The translations under genes and the position numbers were made by a program. DNA of 64,000 nucleotides from Mobula hypostoma (lineage: Eukaryota): assembly GCF_963921235.1 (NCBI RefSeq), contig NC_086108.1, positions 88,786,001 through 88,850,000 of the forward strand, given 5' to 3'. The stretch's first letter is position 1. Every line of letters starts with the position of its first letter. A model generated the notes under the pieces. The model was given only the letters and a program-made list of their open reading frames with translations. It was not told the DNA's origin and ran no database searches. This document shows, in pieces, positions 25,525 through 38,756 of this stretch.

Positions 25525-26465
25525 TTGCAGACCCTAGTAAGTTTGGATTGACAACAACATCTCCTCCACAGTTTCCATCAGCACTGATGCACCACAAGGC
25601 TGTGTGCTTACCCCCTGCTCTATTCGCTTCACACTTATGACTATGTGGCTAAGCACAGCTCTAAGGCCATATTCAAGTTTGTTGATGAAACCAGTATTGT
25701 AGGCCAAATCAAAGGTGGTGATGAATTACCATATATATGAGGGAGATTGAAAATCTGGCTGCGTGGTGCCATAACAATAACGTCTTACTTAATGTCAGCA
25801 AGGCCAAGGAGCTGATTATTGACTTCAGGAGAACAAACCAGAAGTCCATGAGCCAGTCATCATTGGAGGGTCAGAGATGGAGAGGGTCAGCAACTTTAAA
25901 TTCCTTGGTGTTATTATTTCTGAGGACCTGTTCTGCCCAGCACGTAAGTGTAACTTTGAACAAAGCACGTCAAAGCATCTACTTCCTTAGGAGTTTGCGA
26001 AGATTCAGCATGACATCTAAAACTTTGACAAACATCTATTGATGTGTAGTGGGGAGTACATTGGCTGGTTATGTCACAGCCTGATACGGAAACACTAATT
26101 CCTTTAAATGGAAAATCCTACAAGTAGTAGTAGATATGGTCCAGTCCCTCACAGGTAAAGCCTCCCCACCACTGAGCACATCTACATGAAACGCTGTCAC
26201 AGGAAAGCAGCTTCCATCGTCAGGGACCTGCTCTCTTCTCGCTGCTGCTATCAGGAAGGAGGAACAGCAGCTTCAGGACTCTCACAACCATGTTCAGCAA
26301 CAGTTCATTATCATCAGGCTCTTGAACCGAAGGGGTGCAGTATTTCATTGATTCTGCCGTGGGTCATTATTCCACAGATTTATTGAGTATGCTCACAAAT
26401 AAATCTCAATGGTGTATATGGTGACATATATGTGTTTTGATAATAAATTTACTTTGAACTTTTAG
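25525..26465 (+). mobile_element. Rex1/Babar-like LINE 3' fragment
   Basis: RT remnants (PQGCVL, FKFVDE, LNVSKAKELIIDFRR, YFLRSLRRF) and tail AATAAATTTACTTTGAACTTT. Confidence 0.75.
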
Positions 26466-27074
26466 CTTTGAAGTCTGAAGCCTGAAGACTGGGAACTGGA
26501 AACTGAAGCCCTGTCCTGGACTTGAAGGATTTTCCAAGTGTGCGGGTGGGTAGGAGGAAGGAAAGAGTCTTATTTTGCTGTTGATGCTTGGTTGCTTGTT
26601 GCGCTCTGTTTTGATGTTTCTGCTGAGCATTGTGAGTATGATACGTTAAGCCGGAATTAGAGGCGACACTCGCAGGCTGCCACCACCAAGTCCTTAGATA
26701 TGTTGATTGTTAATGCAAATGACACATTTCACTGTATGTTTCCATGTACACGTGATCAATAAAGTCTGAATTGGAGATCTAAAGAGCTTAAGAATATGAG
26801 ATAGTGGTCCTTTGAATGACATGTAAATGAGTATTTCCATTATATATTCATAGAATGACTTCTATTTCCTAATACTTACTGACAGGGTCAGCAACCACTC
26901 ATATATCCCAAAATATGAGCTAAAGTATTTCAGTTTCTAAGTAGCATGCTTACATTTGGGATGAGGATGATTTTGGGAAGTATAAAAGGCTATTCTATTT
27001 AATAGTATGTTGGTTACTAAACATTTACTTTATGTATGGGCTACCAGTAAGGAGTGAACCAGGTGTGACTTGCG

Positions 27075-29725
27075 GAGGGCTATTTCAAGGGTGAAGAGAC
27101 AATTTCAAATGAGGTTGGAGGTGACATCAGATGTATGACAACTCTAGCAGGGTTTGCAAGACATTCAAGCGAAACCCAATAGCATGAATGGCAGTGATGC
27201 TTTACTACCAGATGAACTCAATGCCTTCTATGCCCACTTTGATAAGGAGAATATAACTACAGCTGTGAAGATCCCTGCTGCACCAGATGACAGTGTGTGT
27301 CTCAGAGGCCGATGTTAGACTGTCTTTAAAGAGAGTGAACCCTCGCAAGGCGGAAGCTCCAGGTGGAGTACCTGGAAAAACTCTGAATACCTTTGTCAAC
27401 CAATTGGCAGGGGCATTCAAGGACATTTTCAAACTCTCACTGCTATGGGCGGAAGTTCCCACTTGCTTCAAAAAGGCAACTATTATGCCAGTGCCTAAGA
27501 AGAATAATGTGAGCTGCTTTAATGACTGTCGCTCAGTAGCATGCACATCTACAGTGATGAAATGCTTTGAGAGGTCGGTCATGACTAGACTGAACTCCTG
27601 CCTCGGCAAGGACCTGGACCCACTGCAATTTGCCTATCGCCACAATAGGTCAATAGCAGATGCAATCTCAATGGCTCGTCACACAGCCTTAGACCACCTG
27701 GACAACACAAACACCTACATCAGGATGCTGTTCATTGACTATAGCTCAGCATTTAATACCATCATTCCCACAATCCTGGTTGAGAAGTTGCAGAACCTGG
27801 GCCTCTGTAGCTCACTCTGCAACTGGATCCTCAGCTTCCTAACTGGAAGACCACAATCTGTGCGGATTGGTGATAATATATCCTCCTTGCTGATGATCAA
27901 CACTGGTGCACCTCTACTGTTCTACTCTCCATATACACATGACTGCGTGGCTAGGCATAGCTCAAATACCATCTATAAATTTGCTGATGATGTAACCATT
28001 GTTGATTGAATCTCGGATGGTGGCGAGAGGGTGTACAGGAGTGAGATATGCCAACAAGTGGAATGGGGCCGCAGCAACAACCTGGCACTCAACGTCAGTA
28101 AGACGAAAAAGTTGATTGTGGCCTTCAGGAAGGGTAACGAAATAACACATACCAATTCTCATAGAAGGATCAGAAGTGGAGAGAGTGAGCAGCTTCAAAC
28201 TCCTGGGTGTCAAGATCTCTGAAGATCCAACCTGGTCCCAACATATTGATGCCGTTATAAAGAAGGAACGACAGCGACTATACTTCATTAGGAGTTTGAA
28301 GAAATTTGGTATGTCAACAAATACACTTGTTACATGCCTCATGGATATCTTGTGACTATCTTATGACCATGATGTAATTGGGTATCTTATGAGCATGATG
28401 TAATGGTCTTGTGGAGGTCACATGGTGTAATTTTCCCACCGATGTGAGGTCATGTGATGACATGTTCACCACAGGTATAAAAGGGAGACCCCTGGGGTAA
28501 CATAGTTAGTTTTAAGTTTAGTTCGTTATTTAATTCATCAGATACTCCGTTATGCTGCGTATTTGTCTTATGATGCAGTTTCATTTTAAAGTGCAGTTCT
28601 ACTTTCTATTGTAAGTAGTATTGGAGAGTGAAGACCTTACTAAAGTACAGGAACTCGCAGAATCGAGTAAAGCTGATATCGTTCGGCGGTTTTGGAAAGG
28701 ATCGACCTTTATTGATTTTTCGTTCAAGAAATAGTGACCTGCATCTGAGATATCCTGTGCTAAAGCAGGAAGGATTGTGCAGTGTCTATTCTCCAGAGGA
28801 AAATGTCAGTTCCTTTAAAGCGTTTTATTTCCGTCGTCGTGAACCCTGCAGATAAGGCAAGTTTCGGCTGGGATCAGCAGTAACGTCACGTCTTTGAGGA
28901 AAGCTTTACTTCAGAAAAGTCTCTCCTTAATTGACTGTATAAATCTCTTGGACTTTCGAATTTACCATTCTAAGAACTGTGTTCAAATTTACCACTTTAA
29001 GAACTGTTTTCGCATTCACCCTTTCAAGAACTGTTCCAGAGTTGCCATATTGCAGTTAACTTCCGGTTAAATTAGTTGTTTGAATATTTTTCGTTATTGT
29101 TGAGCAGAGTTTAATAAATGTTTGTTTGTTTTTATAAAATCTGACTCAATTGATATTCATTGTTGCTGGTCACGTGACACACTCAAAAACTTCTATAGAT
29201 GTACCGTGGAGACAATTCTGACAGGCTACATCGCTGTCTGGTATGGAGGGGCTACTGCACAGGGCCGAAAGAAGCTGCAGAGGGTTGTAAATTTAGTTGG
29301 CTCCATTGTGGGTACTAGCCTACAAAGTAACCAGGACATCTTCAAGGAGCAATGTCTCAGAAAGGCAGTGTACATTATTAAAGGCCTCCAGAACCCAGGG
29401 CATGCCCTTTTCTCACTGTTACCATCAGGTAGGAGGTACAGAAGCCTGAAGGCACACACTCAGTGATTCAGGAACAGCTTATTCCCCTCTGCTAGCTGAT
29501 TCCTAAATGGACATTGAACCCTTCAACACTACATCACTTTTTAAATATGTATTATTTCTGTTTTTTGCATGAGTTTTAATATCTGTTCAATATACATATA
29601 CTCTTTATTTATTATTATTATTTTATTTAGTTTTATTTCTTCTATATTATGTTTTGCATTGAATTGCTGCTGCTAAGTTAACAAATTTCACGACACATGC
29701 CGGCGATAATAAACCTGTTTCTGAT
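27075..29725 (+). mobile_element. Rex1/Babar-like LINE (degenerate RT) interrupted by a solo LTR
   Basis: ORF 27287-28009 (LQFAYRHNRS, MLFIDYSSAFNTIIP, KFADD). Coding similarity continues after 29180 (TLKNFYRCTVE, LLPSGRRYRS). Confidence 0.85.
28328..29179 (+). mobile_element. Solo LTR, 852 bp, 4-bp TSD
   Basis: TG...CA ends with imperfect inverted termini TGTTACATG/CACGTGACA. CACT at 28324-28327 and 29180-29183. TATAAAA at 28476 and AATAAA at 29113. Confidence 0.88.
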
Positions 29726-29980
29726 CCAGGAATGCAACAGATCATTGTAACTCCTTGTAGCATTTAAAATTAATAGCTTGAAAGTTCTTTTACAGATTCC
29801 ACATAAGCAGCAATAAATTGAGAAATACGGTAATTGACTCCTAGTAGCAAAGTCAGCCAAGCCTACGAGAGAATTTAGCTCTTTGTTCTTTGATAAGTAT
29901 TTGTGCAAGGTTGTTAAAATCATACAGTGCTGTTTCAGGCAACTTAGTGTTGCATCCAAATACAACACCAGTGATTGAAG

Positions 29981-30432
29981 TAACACGCAAGAAATCCTGG
30001 AGGAACGCTGCAGGTCAATCAACATCTATGGAGAGGAATGAACAGTTGGCGTTTCAGGCCAAGACCTCATCAGGACTGGAATGGAAGGGGAAAGAAGCCA
30101 GAATAGATGGGGGGGTGGGGAGTACAAGCTGTAGGAGTGATCAGGGAAGCCAGATGGACAAAAATAAGTGGGGGGGAGGGGGAATAAACTGAGAAGCTGT
30201 GAGGTGGTAGGTGGAAAATTTAAAGAGCTGGGGAAGAAGGAACCCGATAGAAGAAGAGAGAGAGGACCATGGAAGAGAGGGAAGGAAGATAGAGGGAGGT
30301 GATAGGCATGTGAGGAGATGAGAAGGGGTAAAACGGGAGCCAAAATGGGGAATGGGAAAAGATGTGGGGGGGGGGAGAAACTACTGGAAGTTAGAGAAAT
30401 CAATGTACATGCCGTCAGGTTGGGGGCTACCT
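29981..30432 (-). mobile_element. Penelope-like element 3' end with degenerate hammerhead
   Basis: Minus strand: GSPQPDGMYIDFSNF tail, pyrimidine tract, then AGTC-CTGATGA-GG-TCTTGG-CCT-GAAA-CGCC-AACT. Confidence 0.75.
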
Positions 30433-30946
30433 AAAAATTCCTGTACTGCTTCGTTGACTCAATCTGGAAAACCTGCTCAGTTTGGGGAGGATTTTAGCCT
30501 CCTAATTTTTGACAATTTATAGTACGTAAGACATGAAATTCCAAACATTAAATAATAGGAAGAAAAACAATTATTGCAAGCAACGCACACTCAGCTTCAG
30601 CTTGCCTTTGAATATGTGCAATTGTTCGTTAGGTAGGTTTATTGTTTCCCTTTAACTGATCAGTGTAGATTGAAAAACCCTGGACTCTACAGACTGCTTA
30701 AAACACCTCTTATCTGTCTGGAAAGTTTGGCTCCTTGAAATAGGGTTACTTTCCTGGAAACGGTTCAGAAGTTTAAGACTAATTAAGGTAGTGAACAGCC
30801 AATCAAATAAATAGCTCGTGTGCAACACTTTTATACATTCAACATGTGCAAACAATTTGAAGGCAAAATTATACAGTATTATATTATCCTCCAGTAACAA
30901 CATATTAGAACTATTAATGTATCATGAATAACACTGGATAATTTAC

Positions 30947-31061
30947 CTTAATTATATCTGCTGTCGATCTTTCTGTTGCTTTCAGTTTTTTCAGTAACAG
31001 TTGTTCATTAGATGAAATTTGGGCTTCTTGGTTTTCAAGAGCTTTTATTTCTTCTTCGAGC
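30947..31061 (-). CDS. PALMD: PALMD coiled-coil exon (RLEEEIKALENQEAQISSNEQLLLKKLKATERSTADIIK)
   Basis: TTTACAG| and AAG|GTAAAT, 115 bp, phase 2 to 0. Similar to mammalian RLEKEIQDLEKAELQISTKEEAILKKLKSIERTTEDIIR. Not in the ORF track. Confidence 0.93.
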
Positions 31062-31944
31062 CTGTAAATAACACTTAGCTTTAGAGAGTGGGAATTCTAC
31101 TCAGATGTACAATCTGAATGCAGTTTCAATTTCAACGTTTAAGAGAAACTTGGATGGGAGAGGGATGGAGGGCAACGGTCTGGGTGCAGGACAATGGAAA
31201 TTGGCAGTTTAAATGGTTCAGCATCAACTAGCTGAGCCGAATGGCCTGTTTCTGTGCTGTAGCTTTCGATGATTATGTAAATATCACATAGGACATGCCT
31301 TTAAGGTGAGAAGGGAAAGTTTAAAGGAGATGTGAAGGGCACGTTACTTTTTCTTTTACACAGTTATTGGTAAGTGTTCGGGGTGGGTTACTGGGGTACT
31401 GGTGGAAGCAGATATGATAGTGGCATTTCAGAGGCTGTTAGACACATGAATATGCAGGGAATGGCAGAATATGGGTTATGTACAGGCTGAAAAGTTTTTA
31501 TCTAATTCGGGTTCTTCTGGGCTGAAAAGCCTGTTTCTGTGCTGTTCTGTTCTCTTGTTCTATGCTGGTGATAGTTTGTACATTTGCTGCATTGTAACCT
31601 GCTGTTAAATGTATCTGCTTTCATCTGGCACATATCGAGAGAGGAAGGTCAAATTTACACTCCATAGAAATTTGCTGTGAACTCAGTTCCCAGAACAGAA
31701 GTTTTTACATGTTAAATCTATTAACTGGATAACAAATTTGTCATCTTTACCTTTGTAGTCTAATAAGCATGTTGGGGATATTAATGAACGGGCTATTGTA
31801 TTGTCTCTATTGTATTTATCCTCTGTAGTCTATATCATATGTGATGATACTTCCAGCGCTTGCATATTATGTCATACATATACTACACTGCAATGTGTTT
31901 ATTACCATTTAATCTTCACAATCATAAATATCCCAAAGCAAAGG

Positions 31945-33005
31945 TAAAGACAGGGAAAAAGGGATGGGAAATGGAGAAGGGGGTTGGTGTTGGGGGGCAT
32001 TACTAGAACTTTGAGAAATTGATGTACATGCCATCAGGTTGGAGGCTACCCAAACAGAACATAAGGTGTTGTTCCTCCAACTTAAGTGTGGCCTCAGCAC
32101 GACAGTGGAGGAGGCCATGGATGGACATATCGGAATGGGAATGTGAATTGGAATTAAAATGGGTGGCCACTGGGAGATCCGCTTGTTCTGGTGGACGGAG
32201 TGTAGACACTTGGTGAAGCAGTATCTCAATCTACAGTTGGGTCTCACTGATGTACAGAAGGCCACACCAGGTGCACCAAGGACAGTAAGTGACTGCAACA
32301 GACTCACAGGTGAAGTGTCACCTCATCTGGAAGGACTGTTAGGGTCCTGGATGGTAGTGAGGGAGGAACTGTGGGGGCAGGTGTAGCACTTGTTCCACTT
32401 ACAAGGATAAGTGCTAGGAGGGGGAATCAGTGCGGAGGGATGAATGTACAAGGGAGTTGCATAGGGAGTAATTCCAGTGGAAAGCAGAAAATGGGGCGGG
32501 AGGGGTGGTGTGATTCCATTGGAGGCGGTGGTAATTTCGGAGATTTATGTGCTGGATGTGGAGGCTGGTGGGGTGGTAGGTGAGGACAAGAGGAACCCTA
32601 TCCCTGATAGGGTGGCAGGAGGATGGGTTAAGAGCAGACGTGTGTAAAATGGAAGAGATGCGGTTGAGGGCAGTGTTGATGGTGGAGGAAGGGAAGCCCC
32701 TTTCTTTGAAAAAAGAGGACATCTCCTTTGGTCTAGAGTGAAAAGCCTCATCCTGAGTGCAGATGCGGTGCAGACAGGAATTGAGAGAAGAGGATGATGT
32801 TTTAACGAGTAGCAGGTGGGACGAGGTATAGTCCAGGTAGCTGTGAGAGTCCGTGGGTTTGTAATAGATATCGGTGGATAAGCTGTTTCCAGAGATAGAG
32901 ACAGTGAGATCAAGAGAGGGGAGGGAAGTGTAGGAAATGGACCTGGTGAATTTGAGGGCAGGGTGGAAGTTGGAGGCAGAGAGGATGAAGTTGACGAGTT
33001 CAGCA
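31945..33005 (-). mobile_element. Penelope-like element fragment (RT C-terminus plus GIY-YIG endonuclease), frameshifted
   Basis: ORF pieces MSSFFKERGFPSSTI..RVPLVLTYHP and DLPVATHFNS..EQHLMFCLGSLQPDGMYINFS. Confidence 0.82.
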
Positions 33006-33184
33006 AAACAGAGGATGATGGCTTAAACTGTGATGACAAAACCCCCAAGCCATCAAACTCCTTAATATCCAGAATCTAGACTGACATCTACATCATTTAT
33101 TCTTATATTGTAATTTTTCCTCAACTGTGCCTATTGTCTTGTTTATTATTTATTGTACTGCCTTGCACTGTTTTGTGCACTTTA

Positions 33185-33393
33185 TGTAGTCCTGTGTAGG
33201 TCTGTAGTCTAGTGTAGTTTTTGTGTTGTCTTACGTAGTCTAGTGTAGCCTTGTGTTGTCTCACTTAGTCTAGTGTAGTTGTGTGTTGTTTCACATAGCA
33301 CCAATGTTTCGTTTTTACTGTGTACTATACCAGAAGTTCATGGTCAAAATGACAATAAAAAGCAACTTGACTTGACTTGACTTGACTTGACTT
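33185..33393 (+). repeat. Degenerate ~31-bp tandem repeat followed by a (CTTGA)n tail after AATAAA; likely LINE 3' UTR
   Basis: TAGTCTAGTGTAG..TGTGTTGT units, AATAAA at about 33354, (CTTGA) x5. Confidence 0.65.
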
Positions 33394-33447
33394 AGCTAGC
33401 AGGTGAAGTCAGATGCTAATACAATCCATTCTGTCTCTGGATCCACA

Positions 33448-34100
33448 TTTCATTTCTTTCACGTCTTTTATGTTTGTTTTTAATCTTGAGTATGATCCTG
33501 GGACTGTTGGGAGTCTGTGATTTGCAGTTTGGAGATCGCTTGTGTGTTTCAGCGCTCTGCAGTCTCCAAGAGGATTCTGGGAGACAGAGGCAGAGAAGGC
33601 TGCAAGACAAGGCGCGAGCTGATGTTTGACTCCATTTCACCGATTAAAGCTTCCATTTCCCTGAATAAAATGATGAGGGAGATTGAAATAATGTGGAAGG
33701 TTAGCGCTGGCTGCCTGATTTTTGATAGCTGGTGGGATTTCTTTGCTACCAGAGAGGGGAGACCACCTTTTGATTGCTGGTGGGATCACTCTACTGCCAG
33801 AGAAGGACAGGCTGTCAATCTGGCCATTGAATTTTACCCAGGTTTTCTGCGTTTTGGACATGGACTCCGTCCATGGACTTTTTTGCAGTCTTATAGTTTT
33901 TTTATATTCTGTGTTTTTCGCTTGATTTTTCTTGTTTGTTTGTGTGTGGGTGAGGGGGATTTGTGGATCGCTGTGCCTGTTCCATTTTTGTTCATTTTTT
34001 GTGCAGGGAAGGGAAACTTAGGGATTTCTTGGTTCTGTGGCTATCTGGAGAAGAATTTCAGAGTTGTTACTTTGATATTAAATGAGCCTTTGAAACTTTG
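33448..34100 (+). mobile_element. Unclassified non-coding interspersed repeat with Rex1-like 3' tail (related copy at about 61030-61830)
   Basis: 33835-34100 aligns by eye with 61065-61830. Splits a locally duplicated segment. Confidence 0.55.
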
Positions 34101-34973
34101 ATTCAGTAATGAAACAGCAACTTCCTGAAGAGAGATTCATGATGTTTTACATTTGGAAGGACTGCCTGCGCACAGCTGCCTCATTGGTTAGATTAGAGTT
34201 GCTTACCCTTTCAGAAAAGGTCAGGGAAGATAAGTATTTAAATTATTTTACCTTGATTTTTAAATTGTCTGTTTCATTCAAAAGTTTTCAATTTAATTTA
34301 GTTTTCATTTTTAAATATATTTTATATTATTTAATCCTATTTGAAAAGCTATTAAATGTTGCAGTCAAAGATACTTAAAATTGTGAAAAAACAACCTTTG
34401 GCAGCTAGAAGACTGTCAGGATATTCTGGGTAGGATCTCAACTTATCTTCCCTGGTGCCTGCTCATGATTTGGAACCCACTTGACTTTCCCCACAAACTC
34501 CATTTTGTCCAAAGGTCTGCTGAATATATCGTGCCTGTTCAGCTTGCTATATTCATCAGCCTATAGCAGTTGAGGCCAGACACTAATGCCCTCACCAGTC
34601 CATTCTGTCTCTGGATCCACCACTGATTCTGTAATGGTACCACGACTTGCTGAAGAGAAGCTCATGATGTTTTACACCCAGAAGGACTGCATATGAACAA
34701 CTGCCTCATTGGTTAGATTGGAGTTGCTTACCCTTTCGGGAAAGGGAAGGGAAGATAAATATTTAAGTTTAAAACATCAAACCCTGTCTTCAGCAAATCA
34801 CCTATTACCTTAAATTGACAATATACTTCTTTATATTTAGAATCTCTCCTTGACTTTATCCATTCTTCCCCTGGATATGCTTCCGATGCTCTGTCCCTGT
34901 GTATTCTAATCCCTCCATAGCTAATATTGGCCGCATATCCATTCTTCTATTCTGGCATTAAAACCGTATTATT

Positions 34974-37900
34974 AGAAACATAGAAACATAGAAACCCTAC
35001 AGTACAATACAGGCCCTTCAACCCACAATGCTGTGCCGAACATGTGCTTACTTTAAAAATTACCTAGGGTTACCCATTGCCCTCTGTTCTTCTAAGCTCC
35101 AGGTACCTAGCCAACAGTCTCTTGGAAGACGATATTGTATTTGCCTCCACCACCATCACTGGCAGCCCATTCCACACGCTCTCCACTCTCTGCGTAAAAA
35201 AACTTACCCCTGACTTCTCCTCTGTACCTGCTTCTAAGCACCTAAAAACTCAGTCCTCTCGTGTAGCCCTAGGAAAAAGCCTCTGACTATCCACATGACC
35301 AATCCCCCTTATCATCTTATATACCTATCAGGTCACCTCTCATCCTCCGTTGCTCCAAGGAGAAAAGGTCAAGTTCACTTAACCTATTCTTATAAGGCAT
35401 GCTCTCCAATCCAGGCAACATCCTTGCACTCTTTCTATAGTTTCCACATCCTTTCTGTAGCGAGATGAACAGAACTGAACACAGTACTCCAAGTGGGGTC
35501 TGACCAGGGTCCTAAAAAACTGCAACATTACCTCTCAGCTCTTGAGCTCAATCTCACGGTTGATGAAGGCCGATACACCCTATGCCTTCTTAAACACACA
35601 GTTAACTTGCGCAGCAGCTTTGAGTATCCTATGGACTCGAACCCCAAGATCCCTCTGATCCTTCACACTGCCAAGAGTCTTACCATTAATACTATATTCT
35701 GCCATCATATTTGACCTACCAAAATGAACCACTTCACACTTATCTGGCTTAAACTCCATCTGCCACTTCTCAGCCCATTATTGCATCCTATTGATGTCCC
35801 GCTGTAACCTCTGACACTCCTCCACACTATCCACAACACTCCCAACCTTTGTGTCACCAGCAAATTTACTAACTCATTCCTCCACTTCCTCATCCAAGTC
35901 ATTTATAAAAATCATGAAGAGAAGGGGTCTCAGAACAGATCCCTGGGGCACACCACTGGTCACCAACCTCCATGCAGGATATGACCCATCTACAACCACT
36001 CTTTGCCTTCTGTGGGCAAACCAATTCTGGATCCACAAAGCAACGTCCCCTTGGATCCCATGCCTCCTTACTTTCTCAATAAGCCTAGCATGGGGTACTT
36101 TATCAAATGCCTTGCTGAAATTCATATACACTACATCTACTGCCCTACTTTCATCAACATGTTTAGTCACATCCTCAAAAAATTCAGCCAGGCTCATAAG
36201 GCATGCCCTGCCTTTGCCAAAGCCATGCTGACTATTGCTAATCATATTATGCCTTTCCAAATGTTCACAAATTCTGCATCTCAGGATCTTCTCCATCAAA
36301 TTACCAACCACTGAAGCAAGAATCACTGGTCTATAATTTCCAGGGCTATCTCTACTCCCTCTCTTGAATAATGGAGCAACATCTGCAATCCTCTAATTCC
36401 CCAGAACCTGCCCCATCCCCATTGATGATCATTGCCAAAGGCTCAGCAATTTCCTCCCTCGCCTCCCACAGCAGCCCGGGGTATATCTTGTTCAGTTCCG
36501 GTGACTTATCCAACTTGATGAATTCCAAAAGCTCTAGCATATCCTCTTTCTTAATATCTATATGCTCAAGCTTTTCAGTCCACTGTAAGTCATCCCTACA
36601 ATTGCCAAGGTCCTTTTCCATAATGAATACTGAAGCAAAGTATTCATTAAGTAACTCAGCTGCCTTCTCCAGTTCCATACACACTTTTCCACTGTCATAC
36701 TTGATTGGTCCTATTCTCTCACATCTTATCCTCTTGCTCTTCACATTCTTGTAGAATGCCTTGGGGTTTTCCTTAATCCTACCCACCAAGGCCTTCTCTT
36801 GGCCCCTTCTGGCTCTCCTAATTTCAATCTTAAGCTCCATCCTACTAGCCTTATAATTTTCTAGATCTCTATTATTACCTAGTTCTTTGAACCTTTCGTA
36901 AGCTTTTCTTTTCTTCTTGGCTAGATTTACAACAGCCTTTGATTAGCATGGTCCTTGTACCCTACCATCCTTCTCCTGTCTCATTGGAACATACCTGTGC
37001 AGAATGCCAAGCATATATCTGCTGAACATTTACCACATTTCTGCCGTACATTTGCCTGAGAACATCTGCTCCCAATTTATGCTTCCAAGTTCCTGCCTGC
37101 TATGGTGAAGGAGGTAGAATCATGATCACTGTCTCCAAAATGCTCTCCCGTTGAGAGTCCTGACACTTGACCAGGTTCATATCCCAATACCAGATCAAGT
37201 ACAGCCTCTCCTCCTGTAGGTTTATCTACATGTTGTGTCAGAAAACCTTCCTGAACATACCTAACAAGCTTCACCCCATCTAAACTCTTTGCTCTAGGGA
37301 GATACCAATCAATATTGGGGAAATTAAAATCTCCCATCACGACAACCCTTTTATTATTGCACTGTTCCAGAATATGTCTCCCTATCTGCGCTTCGATGTC
37401 CCTGTTACTATTGGGTGGTCTATAAAAAACACCCAGTAGAGTTATTGACTCCTTCCTGTTTCTAATTCCCACCCACAGAGATTCAGTAGACAATCCCTCC
37501 ATGACTTCCTCCTTTTCTTCAGCTGTAACACTATCTCTGATCAACAGTGCCATGCCCCCAACTCTTTTGCCTCCCTCCCTGTCCTTTCTGAAACATCTAA
37601 AGCCTGGCACTCTAAGTAGCCATTCCTGCCCCTGAGCCATCCAAGTCTCTGTAATGGCCATAACATCATAGCTCCAAGTACTGATCCACGCTCTAAGCTC
37701 ATCCGCTTTGTTCATGATACTCTTTGCATTAAAATAGATACAACCCAATCCATCAGTCTGAGCGTATCCCTTCTCTATCACCTACCTATGCTCCCTCTCG
37801 CACTGTCTTCAAGCTTCCTCTATTTGTGAGACAACCACCCTTTCCTCCGTCTCTTCAGTTTGGTTCCCATCCCTCATCAATTTTAGTTTAAATCTCCCCA

Positions 37901-38756
37901 GCAGCCTTAGCAAACCTCTCTGCCAAGATATTGGTCCCCCTCGTACAACCCACCCATTCAAGTACAACCCATCCTTATTGTGCAAGTCATGCCTGCCCCA
38001 AAAGATGTCCCAATGATCCAGAAATCGGAATCCCTGTCCCCTGCTCCAATCTCTCAGCCACACATTTATCCTCCACCTTACTCTATTGCTATACTCACTG
38101 TCACGTGGCACAGGAAGTAATCCCGAGATTACTACCCTTGTAGTCCTGCTTCTCAGCTTCTTTCCTAACTTCCTGCAGTCTGTTTTCAGGACCTCTTCCC
38201 TTTTCCTACATATGTCGTTGGTACCAATATGTGCCACGACCTCTGGCTGTTCATCCTCCCACTGCAGGATATCGTGGACGCGATCAGAAACATTCTGGGC
38301 CCTGGCACCTGGGAGGCAAACTGCCATTTATCTTTCTTTCCTGCGTCCGTAGAATTGTCTGTCTAACCCCCTAACTATAGAGTTCCCTATCACTGCTGCA
38401 ATCCTCTTCCTTTCCCTACCCTTCTGAGCCAGAGGCACGGCCACTGTCGCTTCCCCCAGGTAGGCCGTCCCCCCCCAAATGCACTCAAACAGGGGTACTT
38501 ATTGTTTAGGGGGACAGCCACAGGGGTACTCTCTAGTACCTGACTCCTGCCCTTCCCTCTCCTGACTGCTACCCACTTATCTGTCTCCTGAGGCCCGGGT
38601 ATGACTACTTGCCTATAGCTCCTCTCTATCACCTCCTCACTTTCTGTGACCAGACGAAGGTCTTTGAACTGCATCTCCAGTTCCCTAACCTGGTCCCTAT
38701 GGAGCTGCAGCTCGACGCACCTGGCACAGATGAGGCCGTCCGGGAGGCTGGGAGTC
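34974..38756 (-). mobile_element. Near full-length degenerate CR1 LINE (ORF1 esterase, ORF2 APE and RT)
   Basis: ORFs 37809-38327 (CLPG, HIGTND), 37077-37781 (AITETW, YRPP, MGDFN), 36352-36840 and 35874-36326. (AGAAACAT)n tail. Possible TSD TATTATT at 34967-34973 and 38757-38763. Confidence 0.9.

Noticed and set aside
33185..33300. CRISPR-like array
   Set aside because: Eukaryotic context; degenerate tandem units with no unique spacers and no cas genes.
33517..34101. 194-aa plus-strand ORF
   Set aside because: Lies in a T-rich interspersed repeat, with low-complexity Phe-rich translation and no domain.
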